DNA of 15,273 nt from Octopus sinensis (taxonomy: Eukaryota): NCBI RefSeq assembly GCF_006345805.1, contig NW_021825537.1, positions 1 to 15,273 of the forward strand. Direction: 5' to 3'. Position numbers and translations under genes: made by a program. Positions 1 to 7,589 of the stretch are shown piece by piece (within the stretch, counting starts at the first letter, position 1; each line of letters opens with the position of its first letter). Under the pieces are notes generated by a model. It ran no database searches. It was given only the letters and a program-made list of their open reading frames with translations, and was not told the DNA's origin.

Positions 1-63
1 GGGGTCGATGTTACCCACTATTCCGCTCCCCTAAAATTTTCGGCTTTGTGCCTTCAGTAGAAA
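1..63 (+). mobile_element. 3' end of tRNA-derived SINE (family 1), cut by the window edge
   Basis: GGGGTCGATG...CCCCTAAAATTTTCGGCTTTGTGCC matches the 3' half of the copies at 4947-5157 and 5174-5386, and is followed by an (ATT)-like tail. Confidence 0.7.
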
Positions 64-83
64 TTATTAATTATTATTTTTAT

Positions 84-262
84 AAGACAGAATCGTAAGC
101 ACGCCGGACGGAACGCTTAATGGTATATCGCCCGTTGCTACGTTCGGAGTTCAAATTCCTCTGAGATCAACTTTGCTTTTCATTTTTTTCTGGGGTCGAT
201 GAAATCAATACTAGTCAAGTGTTGTGGTCGAGGTAACCGCCTCCCAAAAATTTCAAGCCTTT
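84..262 (+). mobile_element. tRNA-derived SINE (family 1), diverged, with partly deleted head
   Basis: CAGAATCGTAAGCACGCCGG, B-box-like GAGTTCAAATTCC and the body CTTTGCTTTTCAT...GGGGTCGATGAAA align to the copy at 1026-1260. Confidence 0.8.
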
Positions 263-290
263 AGGGTTATTATTATTATTATATTATTAT

Positions 291-843
291 TGAGTGAGAG
301 AGCAGTTCATGCCATCAAAGTGACACTGGGGTAAAATATACGAAGCCCAGTATACCCATCATGACTACCCGTCTGATAAGGGTACACTAGGCACATGCAT
401 CACAACCATATGTGCGCGATATAGTGATCTCATATCAATATAAACAGCACATGACCTTACAGGTGGGGCCCAGTTAGAATTTTCTTCTGGTCGAGTAACC
501 CATCCTGCTCAAAAGGTCCCTGAATAAAGGTTGTTTAAGGATGTTGAACGAAACACCCATGTTTCCAGCGGTGAATTATCCAAACCTCCAAGAATTCCTT
601 TCAACACACGGCTATGATGCTCCCCCACTACTTCTGCTCGTGATCAGAGATGCACATATCGTCAGCCACTAAGGGACATGCTCAACTGATTAAAGTCAAA
701 CAACTGACAAGCAAATTATGGTATTGAGCAGAATATTTGTTGTAGCGCATCTTTTATACCAAGACAAAACAATGTACATGATAACACTTCCAATCAGATA
801 AGATCAGAAGCCATGAGAGCCACTGCCTGGTACTGCATCAGGG

Positions 844-845
<2 letters not shown>
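291..845 (-). mobile_element. About 555-bp non-autonomous retroposon-like element (family T), full-length copy A
   Basis: About 93% identical by hand alignment to the reverse complement of 3806-4348, and homologous to 4372-4702. Bounded on both sides by (TTA)n. On the - strand it ends ...CTCTCTCACTCA(ATA)n. No ORF and no A/B box seen. Confidence 0.85.

Positions 846-938
<93 letters not shown>
846..938. repeat. Compound microsatellite (ATT)n switching to (AGT)n
   Basis: Read directly; the motif switches at about 880/881. Confidence 0.95.
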
Positions 939-964
939 TTATTTTGGCTGTTAATGATACAGGG

Positions 965-1425
965 GTAAGTTGAAAGAATCATTAGCTTGTCGACCAAAAT
1001 GCTTAGCGGCATTCCTTCCGGCACCGAAGGCGGCGAGCTGGCAGAAACGTTAGCACGCCGGGCGAAATGCGTAGCCGTATTTCGTCTGCCGTTACGTACT
1101 GAGTTCAAATTCCGCCGAGGTCGACTTTACCTTTCATCCTTTCGAGGTCGATAAATTAAGTACAAGTTGCACACTGGGGTCGATGTAAACGACTTAATCC
1201 TTTGTCTGTCCTTGTTTGTCCTCTCTGTGTTTAGCCCTTGTGGGTAGTAAAGAAATAGGTATTTCTTCCGGCACCTTTTGTTCTGAGTTGAAACACGGCT
1301 AATGTCGATTTTGCCTATTATTCTTTTGGGTTCTTTAAAATTAATTACCAATTAATACAGGGGTGGATATAATCGATTAATCCCCTCTCCATAAAACTGC
1401 TGGAATTGTGCCAAAATTTGAAACC
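965..1425 (+). mobile_element. Older family 1 SINE split into 965-1025 and 1276-1425 by a nested SINE
   Basis: The left arm GAATCATTAGC...AAAATGCTTAGCGGCATT and right arm GTTCTGAGTT...GTCGATTTTGCC...GTGCCAAAATTTGAAACC join into a colinear copy of the 5174-5386 type. Confidence 0.75.
1026..1260 (+). mobile_element. Well-preserved full-length tRNA-derived SINE (family 1, alternative 3' tail)
   Basis: A-box-like TGGCAGAAACG (1039-1049), B-box-like GAGTTCAAATTCC (1101-1113), body GAGGTCGACTTTACCTTTCATCCTTTCGAGGTCGATAAA. Flanked by 15-bp direct repeats at 1011-1025 and 1261-1275 (1 mismatch). Confidence 0.9.
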
Positions 1426-1469
1426 ATTATTTATATTATTGTTATTGTAATTGTTGTTGTTTGCTTCAA

Positions 1470-1628
1470 GGTCAGATCTGTTCCAAATACCTATGATGAA
1501 AGGCACTCCAGAAGTGACCAAACCGCTTCTTGCCAATTTACATTGAATCCAGCACTGCTAACGTGCCTCATTCCAGCAGGGTGAGATTTTAATATGAAAA
1601 AATGTTTCGCTGCTGTTTCTAGCGGGTT
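1470..1628 (+). repeat. Diverged unclassified dispersed repeat (family U)
   Basis: TGATGAAAGGC (1494) and GCTGCTGTTTCTAGC (1609) match 10673 and 10793 with similar spacing (115 vs 120 nt). Confidence 0.5.
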
Positions 1629-1680
1629 GGATAATTAAGTAGTGTCCCCTTTTGTTGATTCGACAGTAAAAGTGTCACAA

Positions 1681-1810
1681 AGTGGTGTTGGTGGTGGCGG
1701 TGGTTGGTAGTGATGCTTGTATTGTTGGAGGTGTGTGTGTGTTTGTGTCTGTGTGCGTGTTGCTGTGTGTGTGACCGGCGGTGGTGGAGGTTGTGGGGTT
1801 GTGTGTGTTT
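1681..1810. repeat. Mixed (GGT)n/(GT)n low-complexity tract
   Basis: Read directly. Confidence 0.85.
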
Positions 1811-2004
1811 ATATGTGAGTTTTTGCTAATGTTAGACAAGAAACAAAATGGTGGATATCGCGTTTCATTTGGGAGTGTGTTTGTACGCGTGCGTTTAATG
1901 CCTGGTGTGGTGATGAGAATCTGAGCCCCGTGGAGCTTCATGTCATACGAAATAACCTTTTATATATGACTTATTGTCTCTGCGTAAATATATATGTCTG
2001 TTTG

Positions 2005-2068
2005 TATGCATGCGTGTGTGTGTGTGAGTGTGTGCATGTGTGTGCATGTGTGTGTATTTGTGTGTGTT
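2005..2068. repeat. (TG)n/(TGCA) microsatellite
   Basis: Read directly. Confidence 0.9.
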
Positions 2069-2182
2069 TATGTCCCTGTCAGTAATAACTAATACGAAGC
2101 TATGACTACGACAAACATCACAAACTACAGTCATTACTTTCATCGAACACCACCGCCAGTACCACCCGCGCCGTCGCCATAA

Positions 2183-2270
2183 CCATCATCATCATCATCG
2201 TCGTCGTCGTCGTCGCTGTCGTCATTGTTGACGTCACCGTCCCCACCACCACCACCACCACCACCATCAT
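2183..2270. repeat. (CAT)n(CGT)n(CAC)n compound microsatellite
   Basis: Read directly. Confidence 0.9.
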
Positions 2271-2384
2271 CTTCAGTTCCACTGCGTGGCACCTTGAGCA
2301 AATGTTTTCTACTATAGCCTCGGGCCGACCAAAGCCTTGTGAGTTGATTTGGTAGACGAAAACTGAAAGAAGCCAACAGCATTG
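2271..2384 (+). mobile_element. 5'-truncated SINE (family 2, CORE-like body)
   Basis: TTCAGTTCCACTGCGTGGCACCTTGAGCAAATG...CCAAAGCCTTGTGAG...AACTGAAAGAAGCC aligns to the reverse complement of 5987-6097. Confidence 0.85.
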
Positions 2385-2479
2385 ATGCTACTCTCACCAA
2401 GTCCACCATCGTAACTGTGTTATTTAGCACCATCATCATGAATGGTTCCACAAGCATCAACCATATTGTTGCGGACGCC

Positions 2480-3112
2480 TCCACTACGACGACGACCACC
2501 ACCAACACCACCATTTACTACAACCCCACCACCACCATTACCACAACTGCCACAATTACACTCACCACTAACCCCCACTACCACCAACTCCACCTGCACC
2601 ACCTTCACCAACAACAACACTACGACCACCAGTACCAACATCACTGCCACCACCACCACCACCTCCACCCCAACACCAACACCAATACTACCAACAATAC
2701 CACCACTACCACCACCACCACCAACACCAACACTGCCACTTCACTGCAACCGCCACCGCCACCGCCGCCGCCATCAGCAACAACAACACTACGACCACCA
2801 ACAACATCAGTACCACTGCCACCACCACCACCTTCACCCCAACACCAACAACAATACTACCAACAATACCACCACTACCGCCACCACCACCACCTCCACC
2901 CCAACACCAACACCAATACTACCAACAATACCACCACTACCTCCACCAATACCACCACCACCACCAACACCAACAACAATACTACCAACAATACCACCAC
3001 TACCGCCACCACTACCACTACCAATACCACCAACACCAACACTGCCACTACACCGCAAACGCCACCGCCGCCGCCGCCAACAGCAACAACGACAACAACA
3101 CCAGTAAACAAA
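2480..3112. repeat. C/A-rich cryptic trinucleotide satellite with higher-order duplications
   Basis: CAC/AAC/TAC triplets; the block CAATACTACCAACAATACCACCACTACC recurs four times between about 2683 and 3005. Confidence 0.9.
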
Positions 3113-3199
3113 CCACCAGAATCATCTCAGCTAACAAGTGTAAGAAGCAGAAGGGTGATTTCATTATTATTTGTGAGTTGTTACCACGTGAACTGCTGC

Positions 3200-3248
3200 T
3201 GATGCTACTGCAACTACAACTACTACTGCTGCTGTTACTGCTGCTGTT

Positions 3249-3280
<32 letters not shown>

Positions 3281-3285
3281 TGGTT
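3200..3285. repeat. (CTA)/(CTG)/(GTT) compound microsatellite
   Basis: Read directly. Confidence 0.85.
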
Positions 3286-3571
3286 ACTTTGTGATTTAAC
3301 ACCGTCAATTTCCGTACAACTTCACCGGATTCTGCTGTCCCGGATGTAACAATGGCGGATGCTAGCGAAATAAATTTTAAACTTTGCTGTATTAAGTAAT
3401 CTTGGCTAGAAGCCTTGTCTAGGGATATTTTTTTTTTCTATTATTTCTTTTCTTATTTTTCTCAAGATAAATTAATTTTTTTTTACCTTTCCATTTTGCT
3501 TCTTCATTTCGCCTTGCCGGTATATCTTGCAATGTTATATCGTTGATTTTGTTATATTTGTAGAAGTCTTA

Positions 3572-3665
3572 ATTGTTGTTGTTGTTGTTGTAATCCTTTT
3601 CCTCCTCCTCCTCCTCCTCCTCTTCCTCATCATCATCATCATCATCATCATTATCATCATCATTA
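3572..3665. repeat. (GTT)n(CCT)n(CAT)n compound microsatellite
   Basis: Read directly. Confidence 0.9.
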
Positions 3666-3745
3666 CTATTCTGTTGCATTTTGTCCTTTTTGATGTAGCC
3701 CTCAATATCTTCAGTCCTCGGGGCTAATAAGAGAATTCATCATCA

Positions 3746-3757
3746 TGATTATCATTA

Positions 3758-3805
<48 letters not shown>
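3746..3805. repeat. (ATT)n microsatellite
   Basis: Read directly; abuts family T copy B. Confidence 0.95.
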
Positions 3806-3807
<2 letters not shown>

Positions 3808-4348
3808 GCCCTGATGCAGTACCAGGCAGTGACTCTCAGGCTTCTGATCTTAACTGATTGGAAGTGTTATCATGTACATTGTTTTGTCTTGGTATAAAAG
3901 ATGGGCTACAGCAAACATTCTGCTCAATACCACAGATTTGCTTGTCAGTTGTTTGACCGTAGCCTGTTGAGCATGTCCCTTAGTGGCTGACGATATGTGC
4001 ATCTCTGATCACGAGCAGAAGTAGTGGGGGAGCATCATAGCCATGTGTTGAGAGGGATTTTTGGGGTTTGAATAATTCACCTCTGGAAACATGGGTGTTT
4101 CGTTCAACATCCTTAAACAACCCTTATTCAGGGACCTTTTGAGCGGGATGAGCTACTCAACATGAAGAAAATTCTAACTGGGCCCCACCTGCAAGGTCAT
4201 GTGCTGTTTATCTTGATATGAAATCACCATGTCGCGCACATATGGTTGTGATGCATGTGCCTGGTGTACCCTTATCAGACGGGTAGTCATGATGGGTATA
4301 TTGGGCTTCGTATATTTTACCCCAGTGTCACTTTGATGGCATGAACTG
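3806..4348 (+). mobile_element. Family T element, copy B (inverted relative to A and C; lacks the last ~12 nt of the 3' end)
   Basis: Starts ATGCCCTGATGCAGTACCAGG, the same terminus as copy A, and ends GATGGCATGAACTG without the CTCTCTCACTCA terminus. Confidence 0.9.
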
Positions 4349-4371
4349 ATTATTATTATCATTATTATTAT

Positions 4372-4701
4372 TGAGTGAGAGAGCAGTTCATGCCATCAAA
4401 GTGACACTGGGGTAAAATATACGAAGCCCAATATACCCATCATGACTACCCGTCTGATAAGGATACACCAGGCACATGCATCACAACCATATGTGCACGA
4501 CATGATGATCTCATATCAAGATAAACAGCACATGACCTTGCAAGTGGGGCCCAGTTAGAATTTTCTTCAGGTTGAGTAGCCCATCCCGCTCAAAGGGTCC
4601 CTGAATAAGGGTTGTTTAAGGATGTTGAATGAAACACCCATGTTTCCAGAGGCGAATTATTCAAAGCCCAAAATCCCTCTCAACACATGGCTATGATGCT
4701 C

Positions 4702-4702
<1 letters not shown>
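4372..4702 (-). mobile_element. Family T element, copy C (5'-truncated)
   Basis: Matches the first ~330 nt of copy A on the + strand, stops at GATGCTCC, then (ATT)n at 4703-4744. Confidence 0.9.
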
Positions 4703-4744
<42 letters not shown>

Positions 4745-4925
4745 TGGACGAAATGCATAAAGGTGGCTTCGTCCGTAACTACGTTCTGAGTTCATGTACC
4801 GCCGAGGTTGACTTTACTTTCATGCTTTCGAGTTCGATAAAATAAGTACCAGTTAAAAACTGGGGTCGATGTAATCGACTCATTCTCATCTCCCACAAAC
4901 TGCCCTTGTGGCAAAAAAAAAATTC
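4745..4925 (+). mobile_element. Family 1 SINE, 5'-truncated (first of three in tandem)
   Basis: GGACGAAATGC...GTTCTGAGTTC...GTCGATGTAATCGACT...TGCCCTTGTGGCAAAA. Confidence 0.85.
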
Positions 4926-4946
4926 AAATAATTATTATTATGATTA

Positions 4947-5157
4947 AAGTGGGGAGCTTGCAGAGTCGTTTGCACGCCGGGCAAAATGCTTAGCGGCATT
5001 TTCGTCTGTCTGAGTTCTGAGTTCAAATTCCACCAAGGTCGACTGTTCCTTTCATCCTTTCGAGGTCGAAAAAATAAGTACTAGTTAAAAACTGGGGTCG
5101 ATGTAATCGACTCATATCCTCCTTCAAAATTGCTGCCCCTGTGGCAAAATTTGAAAC
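4947..5157 (+). mobile_element. Family 1 SINE, full length (second of three)
   Basis: Head GAGCTTGCAGAGTCGTTTGCACGCCGGGC, B box GAGTTCAAATTCC, end GTGGCAAAATTTGAAAC plus an (ATT) tail. Confidence 0.9.
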
Positions 5158-5173
5158 AATTGTTATTATTATA

Positions 5174-5386
5174 AAGTCAGCGAGCTGGCAGAATCTTTAG
5201 CGTGCCGGATGAAATGCTTAGCGGTAATTCGCCCGTCACAACATTCTTAGTTCAAATTCCGGCGAGGTCGACTTTACCTTTCATCCTTTCGGGGTCGATA
5301 AAATAGGTACCAGTTGAACACTGGGTCGATGTAATCGACTCATCTCCACCCCTAATATTGTTGCCCTCGTGGCAAAATTTGAAACC
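5174..5386 (+). mobile_element. Family 1 SINE, full length (third of three)
   Basis: Head GCGAGCTGGCAGAATC, TAGTTCAAATTCC, body CCTTTCATCCTTTCGGGGTCGATAAAATAGGTACCAG, end GGCAAAATTTGAAACC. Confidence 0.9.
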
Positions 5387-5401
5387 ATTGTTATCATTAT
5401 T

Positions 5402-5921
5402 ATACGTCTGGCTTTGTATTTGTACAAGCTGACTCCAAGTCTCACCCAGAGACCTTTAAGAGACAAGTTAAAAATTCAAGTTGGTATTATGACTAAGGTG
5501 CCATATATTTGGTTTTGCACAGAGTATTGTTCTAGAGTGTGTAAATTACAAATTTCTTTCAAAAGTAATTTGATTATAAGATAATAGTCTGATGTTAAGA
5601 TGCCAGTGAAAGGTGTTTGCTATGTAAATTTAAACGTATTTTGGCACTTATTACGGATTAAAATATTTTGGATGTTACATAGATAATATTTTTTTGTAAG
5701 ATATAGGTAGTTACAATGAGCACTCTTTTAAAAATTTCTTCCATGTTTGAATTTCCTGGTATCTGAGCTAGATAGCAATCAGCCCCTTTTGCTATCATTC
5801 CTATGGCAATTAAGACAACAGGTATGATTTCAGTCTTTGAGGTTCCACATTTTACCAATTTCTATTTCAATATTTTATATACATACTCAGTTTTTGGTAG
5901 GTCTTAACAAACACATTCACG

Positions 5922-5922
<1 letters not shown>
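5402..5922 (-). pseudogene. 3' fragment of an R4/Dong-like non-LTR retrotransposon (C-terminal restriction-like endonuclease plus 3' UTR), frameshifted
   Basis: Joining - strand frames gives NV..VKTYQKLS..IEIEIGKMWNLK/TEIIPVV..IGMIAKGADCYLAQIPGN.NMEEIFKRVL..TTYIL..KILSM* (TAA at 5675-5677). This matches the K..KY..L.IEI..MW...IPVV.GA.G...IPG...EIQK..L.GTAHILRK pattern I recognise from RLE-type elements. A 3' UTR of about 270 nt ends in ATAATAATG. Confidence 0.75.

Positions 5923-5925
<3 letters not shown>

Positions 5926-5986
<61 letters not shown>
5926..5986. repeat. (TA)n, about 30 units; tail of the family 2 SINE
   Basis: Read directly. Confidence 0.95.
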
Positions 5987-5987
<1 letters not shown>

Positions 5988-6150
5988 GACGAGATTCTTT
6001 CAGTTTCCGTCTGCCAATTCCACTCACAAGGCTTTGGACAGCCCGAAGCCATAGTAGAAGACACTATACCAAGGTGTCACGCAGTGGGACTGAATCCGGA
6101 ACCATTTGACTGGGAAGCAAGCTTCTTACCACACAGCTATCCCTGTGCCT
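5987..6150 (-). mobile_element. Full-length tRNA-derived SINE (family 2, CORE-like body)
   Basis: On the - strand: A box TAGCTGTGTGG (6129-6139), B-box-like GGATTCAGTCC (6087-6097), body CCACTGCGTGACACCTTGG, end GGAAACTGAAAGAATCTCGTCG(TA)n. Resemblance to the octopus OR2/CORE type is from memory. Confidence 0.9.
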
Positions 6151-6152
6151 AA

Positions 6153-6183
<31 letters not shown>

Positions 6184-6206
6184 GTGTGTGTGTGTGTGTG
6201 TGTGTG
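6153..6206. repeat. (TA)n(TG)n
   Basis: Read directly. Confidence 0.95.
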
Positions 6207-6529
6207 TATTCATACATATGTGTGGGTGTGTTTAGCAAGGAAGAAAGATGGAGAAAGAGAATGAGAGAGTGTGAAGAGGTGAACAACGCCGTAGTGTGAC
6301 AACGAAACGCCGACCAGTAATTCGCTTGTCGAGTAAATTTTCGATTCGACCTACTATATTCTTTTTCATCAATTTTTTTTCTTTTACAAAACCTATTTCG
6401 AAATATAGGTGATAATAAATCTGATTGTATTAGGTTCTCCTTCCCCCGTTTTACTAGCTCTATCGACCCACCACCGTCTCCTGTACAGACAAAAAATCTG
6501 TGACCCATGTCTCACGTTATGTTTGTGAT

Positions 6530-6640
6530 TTTCACTTACTTCTACTTAAACAGCCGCCATTTTTATACTCACGGCCATAACGCCTTTACAATTTTGTTTT
6601 TGCTTTTTCAGTTTTTTTTTTCGCGGGCTTCTAGCCAATA
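6530..6640 (-). promoter_or_regulatory. Candidate TATA-less promoter / non-coding first exon
   Basis: AGCCAAT (CCAAT 6634-6638), TTTCGCGG (about 6619-6626), YY1 GCCGCCATTTT (6553-6563), and - strand donor hexamers GTGAGT (6567-6572) and GTAAGT (6534-6539). Motif evidence only. Confidence 0.35.
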
Positions 6641-6771
6641 ATATTGTATAAGAATGTTGTACATTGTAAGAACAAGAAAGAATATAGGAATAAATAAAAG
6701 GAATCTCGTAAAATATATGGGAAAATTACAGCTATAAATTATGGACATTATTTTAGCTATTCTATATATTT

Positions 6772-6775
6772 TCTC

Positions 6776-6821
<46 letters not shown>

Positions 6822-6850
6822 ATATATATATATACATACATACATATCTG

Positions 6851-6933
<83 letters not shown>

Positions 6934-6966
6934 TACATATATGTATGTATGTATGTGTGTGTGTAT
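6772..6966. repeat. (CT)n followed by long (AT)n and (TATG)/(TG)
   Basis: Read directly. Confidence 0.95.
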
Positions 6967-7589
6967 AAATATTTTTCTTCTCCTTTAGTTTAAATATTAC
7001 ATTATATATGACCTGACAGCATATAGTTCGCCTATAAAACCGTTTATGATATTTCAATTAATAGTAACTTAGTATGAGCTTGTTTGGTTGAAAACGCTTG
7101 ACACCTTTCTCTTACAATATATATTTATTTACTTATTTTCTTTATTTCCTTATCGATCTTAATAAAAGAGCATTCTGCTACGTGATGGCTCGATTTGCTA
7201 GAAAATGTAGCTAACTGGCAAATGCGTTACAGTTTTGGACATAATGAATATGCGGTATTCGTTTCGGATTTCTGCTTCTTGTTTTTATATTCCGCTGAAC
7301 TTAACTTTGCCTTTAGCCTTTTGGTTGTTGTTATATAACGTATTAGGGGCGGGTGGTGGGTTAACTGGATTGTTAAAGCATAAGACCTCTGTTGTTGCCA
7401 TTCTGTGATACTGAGAGGCAGATATAATCTGTTAGTCCAATTAACACCAATAGTTAATCCTTGGGTAACTCTTGCGGAATATTCTCTGTAAAGCGTAATC
7501 GGACTAACTCCAAGGTTTCAAGACAACTTTCTTCTTTCTTGGACTAAATCCCAGAAGGCCTCACAAAATAAGGGGTTATGGGCTAAAAC

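Noticed and set aside
1026-1116. tRNA gene calls at SINE heads (also 6080-6150 and 8978-9035)
   Set aside because: A/B boxes are present but they run straight into multi-copy SINE bodies, and no convincing cloverleaf could be drawn.
1861-1940. GAGCCCCGTGGAGCTT as a minus-strand family 3 SINE remnant
   Set aside because: Only about 16 nt match 9070-9086 and the flanks do not align.
2417-3202. 261-aa Thr/Asn/Pro/His-rich ORF resembling a mucin (and the overlapping 221-aa ORF)
   Set aside because: Open only because C/A-rich triplet repeats rarely form stop codons; several frames and both strands are open, with no domain, signal peptide or clear splice structure.
3985-4022. CTGACGA in family T as a hammerhead core
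   Set aside because: No stem II closing onto a GAAA box; the downstream sequence is GAAG.
4745-5386. CRISPR-like or satellite array reading of the repeated GGGGTCGATGTAATCGACT
   Set aside because: The intervening sequence is homologous SINE body, not unique spacers, and the context is eukaryotic.
7346-7354. Single GC box GGGGCGGGT
   Set aside because: Isolated, with no supporting promoter features.
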